Shown here in pieces: positions 18,340 through 27,176 of a DNA stretch of 34,779 nucleotides; the first letter of the stretch is position 1; every line of letters begins with the position of its first letter. The stretch spans positions 1 through 34,779 of the IMG/VR virus record IMGVR_UViG_3300030100_000466. One strand, given 5' to 3'. Source of the stretch: a virus (Duplodnaviria; Caudoviricetes). The notes beneath the pieces are model-generated. The model worked only from the letters and a program-made list of their open reading frames with translations, searched no databases and was not told the DNA's origin. A program made the position numbers and the translations under genes.

Positions 18340-19856
18340 AAATCAAACCCATACCTTCCTGATTTTTCTATTATATGTAATTCTTTCTTTGCTCTTGTCA
18401 TACCAACATACCACACTCTTCTCTCGGCATCTTGATCTTCACTCTCGACACATGCTTTTGTCGAATCCATAAGTATTGCTACATTATCCGCTTCTCCTCC
18501 CTTTGCTCTGTGTATTGTCGATACACGGATTCTAGGATCTTCCGACAAAATTTTCTCTCCTCGCCTTCTAGCAGAGACTATGTATGCAACAACTTGTTCC
18601 GATAATTTCAAAACCTTTTGCCAACCCATAAAATGATTAGCCTCAAACCCACATAAAGTTTTCAAATGATCTAAGTTATATTCTAAATCTTCAACGAGAT
18701 TGCCCATAGCTTTTCTACCAGCTTTCTTTATTAAAGAAGGATCTATAAACTTAGCAAAGACTTTTAACAATTTTGGTTCTACTGCTTTACCTCTTTGTAA
18801 AGATATCCACACCTCTATCGCTAATAATACATTTAAAGATACAGACCAACCATCTCCCTCTCTCCAAAATATATAGCCTTCCTCTCTAAGTTTGTTACAA
18901 ACTTGATTTGCTATGTAATTTGTTCTCGTAAGTATCAACCACTCTCCCTCTCGCATATCCACATCAAGAATATCATTGTGCCATGTAACCATTCCTTTTT
19001 CATGCGTTGGTTTCCATTCTTTCTTTTCTCTTATTGCTATTTTCTCTGTGATATTTTGTGCCCATGCGTGAATGTGATTTGGAACTCTGTGAGAATCTTC
19101 AAGTAGTAATTTTTCTTTACTTGCATTTAAAAAATGTTTTACATCTACACCCATCCAAGAATATATCGCTTGGTCATCATCTCCAGCATAGTAGACTTCC
19201 TCTGAATTAGGAACAAGAACATCCTTAACCATCTTCCATTGTATTGGTGCTAAGTCTTGTGCTTCGTCTATAATTAATAGTTCAAACTTCGGTGATGTGC
19301 CCTCCTTAATAAATCGTTCTATCATATCGATAAAATCTATTTTACCTCTTCTCTCTTTGAAGTCTTTAAAAGCTTTGTCTAACACCGTCAACTGTTGCCA
19401 ACTCATGTCGTTACTCCAGATTCCTTTGTGAAACTCCTCTTGCAAATCGACTTGTTTGACACGAGCAAATTGAATTAAAGACATGTATTTATCTCCACCA
19501 GCACCAATAGAAAATAAAGGTCCCTCTTCCATGTTAATTGTTTGTGTTGTTCTAAAATCTAAGCCAACCAATGCTCCCAACTCATTGTAGTCACGACCAG
19601 ACATTACTTCTGCCGTACTTAAGCCAAGCCAACTAAAGGCGAGAGAATGTAATGTTCTAAAAAATAACATGTCTTTATAATCTATTTCTAAAGATGTAAC
19701 TGCTCTCGTTCTTGCCTCCTCGGCTGCTTTCCTACTGAAAGACATAAAGCCTACCTTTTTAGGATCTTTCTTTTGTAGTAAATGACCCTCTACTATTTTT
19801 ATTAGTCTCGTGGTCTTACCTGTTCCAGGTGGACCGAATATTGTTGTCTCTGTCAA
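18336..19856 (-). CDS. UvrD/Rep-like SF1 helicase
   Basis: GPPGTGKT, FRTLHS, IDEAQD, GDDDQAIY, STIHRAKGGEADNV and YVGMTRAK. Confidence 0.92.
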   Translation of the reverse strand: MTETTIFGPPGTGKTTRLIKIVEGHLLQKKDPKKVGFMSFSRKAAEEARTRAVTSLEIDYKDMLFFRTLHSLAFSWLGLSTAEVMSGRDYNELGALVGLDFRTTQTINMEEGPLFSIGAGGDKYMSLIQFARVKQVDLQEEFHKGIWSNDMSWQQLTVLDKAFKDFKERRGKIDFIDMIERFIKEGTSPKFELLIIDEAQDLAPIQWKMVKDVLVPNSEEVYYAGDDDQAIYSWMGVDVKHFLNASKEKLLLEDSHRVPNHIHAWAQNITEKIAIREKKEWKPTHEKGMVTWHNDILDVDMREGEWLILTRTNYIANQVCNKLREEGYIFWREGDGWSVSLNVLLAIEVWISLQRGKAVEPKLLKVFAKFIDPSLIKKAGRKAMGNLVEDLEYNLDHLKTLCGFEANHFMGWQKVLKLSEQVVAYIVSARRRGEKILSEDPRIRVSTIHRAKGGEADNVAILMDSTKACVESEDQDAERRVWYVGMTRAKKELHIIEKSGRYGFDL

Positions 19857-21391
19857 AACGGAACCTCATCTGTTTCTATTGTTATTGGTTTTATTTCTAC
19901 TTCTGCTCCAAACTCTGGTATCCACCAAACTCTAACGGACTTCCATTTACCTTGTGATGTTTGAAACTTTTTAACTACGGAACTATCTCCGTTGTTTATC
20001 TCTTTGAGTCGCTCTTGAACTTGTGCTCTAGTATAATTATCGAACTTTCTATTCCGTAAAAACTCCATCAAAGAATCTATCTTAAAATAAGTTCTTGCTT
20101 CTTCTGCATCTGTAAATGGTTTACCAAGAACAACTTCCTCGAAACTTTGTGCTTGTACTCTGCCCGTACAAAAGAGTTCTAGATAAGATAGAAACTGTCC
20201 CTTGTACGTTAATTCTTGTGGCACAGCTATCTCATTACAGTTCTCAAGTAGACCATTGACTTGTACTTCCCAATCTCCATCTTTCATTTTTGGAGGCATA
20301 AAGTTTAACTGCTCCATACATGCTCTTTGAAATAATCTTGGAGCTTGTAGTTCTTCTGTCGTGAGTTCTAATCGTCTACCATCTATATCCAAGAACCATA
20401 AACGAGGCTCTGATAATATAACAGACAAGCCACTGATCGCTGGCATGGATGTTGTTCCGATACCATGTTTAAGTCCTCGACACACACCTTGATTGCAATG
20501 TGAGGACATAGGCTCGTCCTTACATAAATACTGATATTCTTTTTTTTCTAACTGTGATTGTATCGTAACGATCTCGGCAGCAGGTAACGGTGGTGTAAAA
20601 TGTTTTACATTCAACTCCTCCAACTGCGACTTCCAATTATTAGGTTGAGACTTTTGTAAAAAAACACCTAACTGAAAAGCAACTTTGTTTCTGCCACCTT
20701 CGTGCACTCCAACAGATAACATAGCACGAAGACATGGCACAAAACCTGGAAATAAGTTTGGTTTACCACCCACGGATATCTGCATAAATTTATTTGGATC
20801 ACATTTTATTGTTGCTATGTGTTGAATAAATTCTTTTAAACTAGCTTCAACATAAGTCTTGCCAACTTTAATAATGGCAAACCTCAAAGTTCTTTCTGCA
20901 TCAAAGTATGGTAGATTGATGAAGTTGCCCACATCTCCTCGCTCTACCAATACTTGCTCTTGTTTTGGAAATATCTCACAACGTCCATGTCCAAGAGCTG
21001 CAGCTATCTCGGCAGCTTTGTCTCTAAAATCTGCCGCTTCCATCCACTTTGTAAAGAAAAAGAATATATGTGCACCCCCACTTTTACTACGGCACACGAT
21101 ACACGGAACTTTTAATTCTTCTAGCTTATCGACCAATTCAATATGGTTCAGTGGATATTCATCTATATCAAGAGCACCGAACTTACATTTGTTTTGTTCG
21201 TTGATAGGTATTGCACCAACACCTTTCTTGCCATCAATATGTCCTTGTAATAATTCTAATGTTAGTGGTTGTCTTACGATAAATGATTTGGCTTTCTGTT
21301 TGCCGTTCATTCTTTGATTGGAAACTTCCGTCTGACCATGTGCACCACTAAAACCTTCAAACGTAAGTAATAATTCTTCTGTCAAATTCAC
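19853..21391 (-). CDS. Archaeo-eukaryotic-type primase with PriCT-like domain
   Basis: LDID, RSKSGGAH, EIFPKQ...GNFINLPY and EGGRN; GTG start with GGAG SD. Confidence 0.78.
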   Translation of the reverse strand: MNLTEELLLTFEGFSGAHGQTEVSNQRMNGKQKAKSFIVRQPLTLELLQGHIDGKKGVGAIPINEQNKCKFGALDIDEYPLNHIELVDKLEELKVPCIVCRSKSGGAHIFFFFTKWMEAADFRDKAAEIAAALGHGRCEIFPKQEQVLVERGDVGNFINLPYFDAERTLRFAIIKVGKTYVEASLKEFIQHIATIKCDPNKFMQISVGGKPNLFPGFVPCLRAMLSVGVHEGGRNKVAFQLGVFLQKSQPNNWKSQLEELNVKHFTPPLPAAEIVTIQSQLEKKEYQYLCKDEPMSSHCNQGVCRGLKHGIGTTSMPAISGLSVILSEPRLWFLDIDGRRLELTTEELQAPRLFQRACMEQLNFMPPKMKDGDWEVQVNGLLENCNEIAVPQELTYKGQFLSYLELFCTGRVQAQSFEEVVLGKPFTDAEEARTYFKIDSLMEFLRNRKFDNYTRAQVQERLKEINNGDSSVVKKFQTSQGKWKSVRVWWIPEFGAEVEIKPITIETDEVPF

Positions 21392-21401
21392 TCTTCACTC
21401 C

Positions 21402-21446
21402 AAAAAAAAAGAGCCGTACAAGTGGAGGATTACGCTTGTACGGCCC
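21402..21446 (-). terminator. Intrinsic terminator between the SSB-like gene and the primase
   Basis: 12-bp stem GGGCCGTACAAG/CTTGTACGGCTC (one G-U pair) followed by T9 on the - strand. Confidence 0.8.
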
Positions 21447-21453
21447 ACGATAT

Positions 21454-22236
21454 TTAAAACGGTACTTCGTCTTCTTCCCTTGATGACATCTCATCAGCAG
21501 ACGCGGCAGCCATTTTAACTTCCCCCTTGCTTACACTTTGATACATAGTACGAGCTTCTAGCATCATCTTCTCTATCTCTGGTGTAAGTTCATTTACACG
21601 ATCCAACTTGTAGTTATACCATGAACCTTGGTCATTCTTTTCCAAGATTGTAGTTATACTCCAGGCCGTTCCGTAAATCGGCATAGCATTACCAGAAGGT
21701 AATCTTATGCTATTCTTTAATGTATTCCATCTACGAGACACTTTCAACTGTGTCTTTTTCATATCAAGAACACTCGGTGCAAAAGTTCCATCAGCAGATT
21801 GTGCAATGACTAAATGCTGGTGTGCTCTAACCAATTCGTTACCATTAGGTAACGTCTCTATGCTACCTTCACGAGTTGTCATGGCTATGTCTTTATCATC
21901 TGCCGCGAGTTCTTTTACAAACCCACCACCAGATGATCTTAACATAAACTCCAAGAATTTCTTCTCGAAGAAACAAGGAACAACAAGAATACCTTCGTCT
22001 GCTTTAAACACTTCTTGTGTAACAGTATTAAAGATATCTCCTTGCTCAGCACCTTTAATATACAGAGGATCGTCCTTCTGTAACTGTGGAGATAATGCTT
22101 GAATAATCCTAATAAAAGGTATCTGCATATCTTCCGTTGTGATGTTTTCAAGACCAGCACCAGAGTCTGCTTCTAGCATTTTATCTAACTCTGATACCAC
22201 CACTTGTGTGGTCTTTTTCTGTGCAATCTGGTTCAT
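21454..22236 (-). CDS. Putative single-stranded DNA-binding protein
   Basis: In the replication operon; acidic tail ending EEDEVPF; G.ENI...D..IP.I.I.Q.LSP and KN..GSWY motifs. Confidence 0.55.
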   Translation of the reverse strand: MNQIAQKKTTQVVVSELDKMLEADSGAGLENITTEDMQIPFIRIIQALSPQLQKDDPLYIKGAEQGDIFNTVTQEVFKADEGILVVPCFFEKKFLEFMLRSSGGGFVKELAADDKDIAMTTREGSIETLPNGNELVRAHQHLVIAQSADGTFAPSVLDMKKTQLKVSRRWNTLKNSIRLPSGNAMPIYGTAWSITTILEKNDQGSWYNYKLDRVNELTPEIEKMMLEARTMYQSVSKGEVKMAAASADEMSSREEDEVPF

Positions 22237-22805
22237 TACTGACCTCCTTTTATCTTAGCACGGTTGCCCTGGTATACACCAAATAGATCAAAGTCTATTT
22301 CTTTACCACTTTCAATTCTATTCTTTACCCAGGTTTTTAAAGTCATTGGATGCACATGCTGTTTCTTTTGTGGTGCAAAGCCTTTGCTCTCTAAATCTGC
22401 AACCACAACACCAGCTTGATTATCTTGACCCATACTGAAGCTAACAACAACTTCGTTCTTGATAAGATCGCCTTCTCCAATATCTCTTAGATATTGAAAA
22501 GCCTCTTGCTTCTTTGTTTCGGGTATCCTCGCAGAAACAAACTTATCAACTGTAACTTTATTGCCATCAACTTGTAGACTTTCAACACCCATAGTCTGCA
22601 TTATCGAAGGAATGTCTTCCTCGTCTACTGCTCTCTTCTTGTCTTTTAAGTCTTTAAGTTGTGCTTCGGTATCTTTAATCTGTTGATCCAAGTCTACGGA
22701 TCTACGGATTAGTGACGACAAGTCTTTAGTGTCGCCTTCTCTGACTTTATTAAATGCTTGAGGGTCAGCTGCCTCTTGCTCGAATAGTGAATACACATCA
22801 CTCAT
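22236..22805 (-). CDS. Hypothetical replication-module protein
   Basis: 189 aa; N-terminal coiled coil and HVHPMTLK motif; AAGGAGA SD. Confidence 0.6.
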   Translation of the reverse strand: MSDVYSLFEQEAADPQAFNKVREGDTKDLSSLIRRSVDLDQQIKDTEAQLKDLKDKKRAVDEEDIPSIMQTMGVESLQVDGNKVTVDKFVSARIPETKKQEAFQYLRDIGEGDLIKNEVVVSFSMGQDNQAGVVVADLESKGFAPQKKQHVHPMTLKTWVKNRIESGKEIDFDLFGVYQGNRAKIKGGQ

Positions 22806-22870
22806 CTTTCTCTCCTTCTACGTTAAAGTTTATGCTCTTCAGCGGTTAATAGAAGATATAGTTTAAAGTA

Positions 22871-23029
22871 TTATACCTTCTCGTCAACGAGTTTTTTAGA
22901 CTCGTATTCTTTCTCAGTTAAATATGTAATCGTAGCACCAACAGTTCTAAAATTTTGTTTTGCCATCTCGTTTAACTTCTTCCAAGTTTCGATTGGCACT
23001 GCTATTGATTTCCATTTATCTGTATCCAT
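22871..23029 (-). CDS. Small putative ribbon-helix-helix regulator (52 aa)
   Basis: Manual translation MDTDKWKSIAVPIETWKKLNEMAKQNFRTVGATITYL...; strand-helix-helix pattern; AAGGAGA SD. Confidence 0.65.
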   Translation of the reverse strand: MDTDKWKSIAVPIETWKKLNEMAKQNFRTVGATITYLTEKEYESKKLVDEKV

Positions 23030-23148
23030 GTAACTCTCCTTATCTTATTGGGGCGGAATGGTTAAATTTATTAAGGCAAAATTTAAGAAAGGAACCACCC
23101 CAACTCGATTCATCTTAACAAGACATTTGAATCTTATGTCTTGTATTT

Positions 23149-23178
23149 TTTTTACCATAAAATTATTTGTAATGTCAA
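23149..23178 (-). promoter_or_regulatory. Sigma70-like promoter of the replication operon
   Basis: TTGACA (23173-23178) then 18 bp to TAAAAA, preceded by TGG; intergenic. Confidence 0.5.
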
Positions 23179-23188
23179 ACATAAAATC

Positions 23189-23635
23189 TTATTTTTTCTT
23201 ATATAATAGTTCGCCCATCATTTTTTGACTATAGTCAAGAACTTCTGCCCAATTATTTTTTGATGATGGTTTGTTAAAATCATTCTTTGTTAATGTAATT
23301 GACCTTGTTGTCGTGAAAGATTCTACGGGAAAGAACAGAACTTTTTCTTCAGATAAAGTTGCGAGTGCTATAATATCGCAATCTTTCCTAGTGTAACATC
23401 TTCTGTCTTTGCCCTTGCAAATAAGAAAAGAGAATCTTCCGTCCCCTTCATCTTGTAAAACTGTTTTAACTTCCACTCGTTGTGCTACCATCAAATCTTT
23501 ACCTCCAACAACTGCTATATCAACTCCATCTTGTTTCACAGTTGAAGCGGCATACCCAAGCATAGATAATTTAAATACAGTTAGATTCTCACCTGCATTA
23601 CCTACTATCTTCTCGGCTCTTACACCTTTAACCAT
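23189..23635 (-). CDS. PD-(D/E)XK family endonuclease
   Basis: GNAGE....L...GY, DIAV, RVEVKT and Y....DIIAL motifs. Confidence 0.75.
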   Translation of the reverse strand: MVKGVRAEKIVGNAGENLTVFKLSMLGYAASTVKQDGVDIAVVGGKDLMVAQRVEVKTVLQDEGDGRFSFLICKGKDRRCYTRKDCDIIALATLSEEKVLFFPVESFTTTRSITLTKNDFNKPSSKNNWAEVLDYSQKMMGELLYKKK

Positions 23636-25074
23636 TCTAATACCCTTTCTCCTAGTGTTATGTTTGCTAATTTGTTTTTGTTCACTAATGTTTTTACAAT
23701 GTGAACATCAACAGTATTCGGAGATACCAGGTCAACATATAACACTTTATTCTGTTGCCCTACCCTATGTGCCCTATCTTCTGATTGAACACGAGACTCC
23801 AAATTAAAATCATTTGAATAATAAATCACATTCTTCGCGGCATGGAGTGTCAAACCCATACCACCTGTCTGTGGATTACTGACAAAGAACCTCGTGGGAT
23901 CAGCCGAATCTTGAAACCTCGCAATAGCATTGTCTCTATCTGCCATAGTCGTGTCGCCAAAATAAGTGACCACGGAACTCGCACCATAGATTTGTGCTAA
24001 CTTGCTTTGAATTTTTAAGATGTCATGTCTGAACCTTGACCATATAATAACTTTGCCTTCCATCTCTTCTACAACTTCAAGTAATACGTCTAACCTATTG
24101 TTTTCTATCTCTTTTGTCTCTCCATCATCTGTAATCAGATAGCCACATAACAACTGTTGTAACCTCAAAAGTCGTGTCATTACCTCTGGAGTTGTAACCA
24201 TCTCTCCACTTTCAAGAAGTGCCACTGATGTTTTCTTAATACTTTGATAGTGCCTCTCTTGTTCCATTGTCAGATCAACTTGCCTGGTTGTGTATATCTT
24301 CGGAGGCAAATCCAATGCTTCATCTTTCGTAACTCGGAACGAGTGTGGTTCTATTTTCTTTTTCAGTTCGTCCAGGTTCTTATATCCTATGATCTGATTA
24401 AACTGATGTGATCCCATCTTAACATTTTTAATCACGGCATATCGTCCTTGGAACGACCAATAAGATTCAAACCCCAAAATTTTTTTACTCATAAATAGAC
24501 ATTGTGAGTACAAATCAAGAGGCGACTTGGTTATCGGAGCACCCGTCAGTATTCTTTTATACCTCGCACCTTCAGCAAATTTTATTAGCGCCTTGGTTCT
24601 CTTCGCCTTGATGTTCTTGATCGTGGTTGATTCATCAACGGCAAGTAAAAAATTACTTCTGTGGGTAAACATCTCTAAAAACTGAAACACTTTCTTTGAA
24701 GCAAAAGCCTCAACATTGACGAGTAGTATTCGTAAATGTCTTCTCGCTTCACCGCCCACGGAGCTTTTTAAGTCTGCTTGTTCTCGTTTGTTAAGAGTTG
24801 ACTTCCATGTATATACCTTTGGAGTTATGCAATCTACTAAGTGTGCAGGTATTTCATTGTTCTTCCAATTCGTATACACACCTTTTGGTGCTACAACAAT
24901 CGCAGTATCTATTTTACTATTCCAATAAAGCCAAGCAATGTTATCAATCAATACCTTTGACTTACCACACCCCATCTCCATAAAGTATGCAAAGTTTTCT
25001 TTGTCATAACTTTTATGAAGAGCATCTTCTTGGTGCTTGTAAGGTTTGGTTTTATAAAGAAAGTCTACACTCAT
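23620..25074 (-). CDS. SNF2-family (SF2) helicase
   Basis: MEMGCGKS, VDESTTIKN, LTGAPI and GGMGLTL...QSEDRAHRVGQ. Confidence 0.92.
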   Translation of the reverse strand: MSVDFLYKTKPYKHQEDALHKSYDKENFAYFMEMGCGKSKVLIDNIAWLYWNSKIDTAIVVAPKGVYTNWKNNEIPAHLVDCITPKVYTWKSTLNKREQADLKSSVGGEARRHLRILLVNVEAFASKKVFQFLEMFTHRSNFLLAVDESTTIKNIKAKRTKALIKFAEGARYKRILTGAPITKSPLDLYSQCLFMSKKILGFESYWSFQGRYAVIKNVKMGSHQFNQIIGYKNLDELKKKIEPHSFRVTKDEALDLPPKIYTTRQVDLTMEQERHYQSIKKTSVALLESGEMVTTPEVMTRLLRLQQLLCGYLITDDGETKEIENNRLDVLLEVVEEMEGKVIIWSRFRHDILKIQSKLAQIYGASSVVTYFGDTTMADRDNAIARFQDSADPTRFFVSNPQTGGMGLTLHAAKNVIYYSNDFNLESRVQSEDRAHRVGQQNKVLYVDLVSPNTVDVHIVKTLVNKNKLANITLGERVLEWLKV

Positions 25075-25298
25075 GTCGTAACTTTATGTGGTCGCATCTC
25101 TCTTACCCTCAACTCATTTTGCAACTTACCTATGAAGTCAACCATGTGCCTTCTTTCTGTCGCTACCTCAGAATTATAAGGGTAATAGTCTAAATTATTT
25201 TCGGCATCAAATTTTTCTAAAAACAACCTGGTGCTCTTGATACATAACTTAATCTCTTTTTGAGATAATTTCATATGAGATTGAGCCATGCTTACCAC
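25071..25298 (-). CDS. Hypothetical protein
   Basis: 75 aa; overlaps both neighbours in the operon; start uncertain. Confidence 0.6.
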   Translation of the reverse strand: MVSMAQSHMKLSQKEIKLCIKSTRLFLEKFDAENNLDYYPYNSEVATERRHMVDFIGKLQNELRVREMRPHKVTT

Positions 25299-25681
25299 TT
25301 CTTATCTTTGAGTTGATTTAACTTATGGTTCATGTCAACGACACGACTACCACCACCATTTGGATTAGGTGAAATAACTTTACCTCTTCTCTGTAAATTT
25401 TCTATATGCTTATTTGCATATATAACTCCACACTTGGAACTACAAAAGAAACCTTTATTCATCACATATTTCTTATCCCATACTGTATATTTTCTCTTGG
25501 TTACTGCACCAATCCGAATATCTTCATACTTCATAACCTCAAGACCATAGGGCAAATTTTCACTCGGCCCCATAAGTCTTGTCGTGAAGATATGCTTCTT
25601 CGATAACTTCTGACAGTTATAGCATCTTACTTCGTGAGATATTAATTTCTCTTGATTATATTTTCTATTTTCATCTTCCAT
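25292..25681 (-). CDS. Hypothetical protein, probably zinc-binding
   Basis: CYNC and FCSSKC motifs; AAGGAGG SD. Confidence 0.65.
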   Translation of the reverse strand: MEDENRKYNQEKLISHEVRCYNCQKLSKKHIFTTRLMGPSENLPYGLEVMKYEDIRIGAVTKRKYTVWDKKYVMNKGFFCSSKCGVIYANKHIENLQRRGKVISPNPNGGGSRVVDMNHKLNQLKDKKW

Positions 25682-25694
25682 TTAATCCTCCTTA

Positions 25695-26150
25695 TTAAAA
25701 TGGGAAGTCAGAACTTTCCTCTAATTTCTTTTTATCAATTTCATGTTGTTTTCTAGCTTGTTCTTTCTGTTCCTCTGTATACTCTGGAACTCTAACAGCA
25801 TGATCGTTGTGTGGTACTTGTCTGTCTCTTTCTTCTATATCTCTTCTGAACTTGTATCTTGCTTTGCTTGTAGATAAAGCAACTGTCGCTGCAATCGTTC
25901 TCTTTTCTTCTTTTGCCATTGACTTCAGATCGTTATAAACATTCTCGTGAACATTGATAACTTTAAATTTCTGTGGCTCATCTATAGCGCCCATCTCTTC
26001 TTCTATCCACTCTAGTTCGCCAGAGTCGTGAAGATCACCTAATAAACTGAATAATTTATCTTTGGCTTCTCTTTTAGTTATCACGCCGTGAACAGCATCT
26101 TCAACTGTCTGTTCTAAGTCCTCTTCCCAAAGTCTTTTTACTCCTCCCAT
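25695..26150 (-). CDS. Hypothetical protein with central RHH-like segment
   Basis: FKVINVHENVYNDLKSMAKEEKRTIAATV resembles the 22871-23029 product; AGGAGA SD; acidic DFPF tail. Confidence 0.65.
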   Translation of the reverse strand: MGGVKRLWEEDLEQTVEDAVHGVITKREAKDKLFSLLGDLHDSGELEWIEEEMGAIDEPQKFKVINVHENVYNDLKSMAKEEKRTIAATVALSTSKARYKFRRDIEERDRQVPHNDHAVRVPEYTEEQKEQARKQHEIDKKKLEESSDFPF

Positions 26151-26185
26151 AACATCTCCTTTAAATTAAATTTTATCTTATATTA

Positions 26186-26214
26186 TATATAATACTTGGG
26201 ATAGAATAAGTCAA
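26186..26214 (-). promoter_or_regulatory. Sigma70-like promoter
   Basis: TTGACT-17 bp-TATATA with TATCCCA in the spacer. Confidence 0.5.
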
Positions 26215-26234
26215 GCAAGGAATATATAAAAAAT

Positions 26235-26429
26235 TTATTTATTTTCTACGCACTCATCTAAGATTACATTGTGGTATGCAGGTTGTTCCTTGGCTCGATA
26301 ACGAAGAAGTCTTAACTGACATTCCTTCCTTGTCTGAAACTCCCAATCAAACATGTGGGTAAAACATTCTTGCTTTGCTCTACCATCTGCTATCCACACA
26401 CTACATATTAGCGCCATTGCTTTAAACAT
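26235..26429 (-). CDS. Small four-Cys hypothetical protein
   Basis: 64 aa; GGAGG SD; similar Cys layout to 26749-26970. Confidence 0.65.
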   Translation of the reverse strand: MFKAMALICSVWIADGRAKQECFTHMFDWEFQTRKECQLRLLRYRAKEQPAYHNVILDECVENK

Positions 26430-26607
26430 CTTTTTCCTCCAATATTGGACTTGATCTAATGGCTAAGTCCTTCGCCTCTCTTGTTCTTCTTTTGCCACAT
26501 GCCATGCACTTGTGAACCTCGACTACTTCAAAGTTCTCGAATTTTACTCCGATCTTTCGCATTGCAACCTGGCACTTGGAACATTTTAATTTGTCTTCAA
26601 ATCTCAT
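26422..26607 (-). CDS. Zinc-ribbon protein (61 aa)
   Basis: CSKC...CMAC; start moved to the ATG at 26607 that overlaps the upstream stop (ATGA). Confidence 0.6.
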   Translation of the reverse strand: MRFEDKLKCSKCQVAMRKIGVKFENFEVVEVHKCMACGKRRTREAKDLAIRSSPILEEKDV

Positions 26608-26759
26608 TCTTGTTCCGTTACTGTAAAACACATTGGACATTGATATAATCCTTTCAGTTCTATTCGTTTAAGTGCGACCTTACATCTCTCGCACATAAAA
26701 ACTTTTCTTGGTTCTTCTGATGAACCATCTTCTGTTAGTATTGTTTGATCACGATCCAT
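26604..26759 (-). CDS. Zinc-ribbon protein (51 aa)
   Basis: Manual translation MDRDQT...CERC...CPMC...; AAGGAGA SD; not in the ORF track. Confidence 0.65.
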   Translation of the reverse strand: MDRDQTILTEDGSSEEPRKVFMCERCKVALKRIELKGLYQCPMCFTVTEQE

Positions 26760-26970
26760 ACTTATCTCCTTCTATTAAACATTGTACTCTAATTGCATGA
26801 GGATAGGTCATTCTATCTCTCACTAAAACTAACATCTCACTCGCTCTGTCATAACAATCATTGATTTTATTATAACCTTTTGGTGCTTGTAAATCATAAA
26901 CATTAAAACAATCTGTCTCGATATGTGGTGCATGGTTCAAGAGGCATACTGTTAATATTGCTTTATACAT
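26749..26970 (-). CDS. Small four-Cys hypothetical protein
   Basis: 73 aa; GGGAGA SD. Confidence 0.65.
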   Translation of the reverse strand: MYKAILTVCLLNHAPHIETDCFNVYDLQAPKGYNKINDCYDRASEMLVLVRDRMTYPHAIRVQCLIEGDKYGS

Positions 26971-27017
26971 AGTGTTTCTCCCATATTTTTTTGTTTGATA
27001 AAATTTTTTAAAAATAG

Positions 27018-27108
27018 GTGTAGAAAGTGTAGAACTGTAGAAAATGCTCTGTAACCCTTGGTAGCACTAGATGTCTTTTCTACACTTTGGTTACACTTTC
27101 CACACTTT
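27018..27108. repeat. Inverted array of short GTGTAGAA-like repeats
   Basis: GTGTAGAAA, GTGTAGAA and CTGTAGAAAA, then inverted TTTTCTACACTTT, TTACACTTT and CCACACTTT; AT-rich tract on the left. Confidence 0.75.
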
Positions 27109-27141
27109 AAAGCCAACCGCGTCATTTTTTCTCCTTTATTA

Positions 27142-27170
27142 TTGCAAAAATATCCCAGAAACTCTACTAT
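27142..27170 (+). promoter_or_regulatory. Sigma70-like promoter, probably leaderless, for terS
   Basis: TTGCAA-17 bp-TACTAT; ATG 6 nt later; TATCCCA in the spacer. Confidence 0.65.
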
Positions 27171-27176
27171 GGGGTC

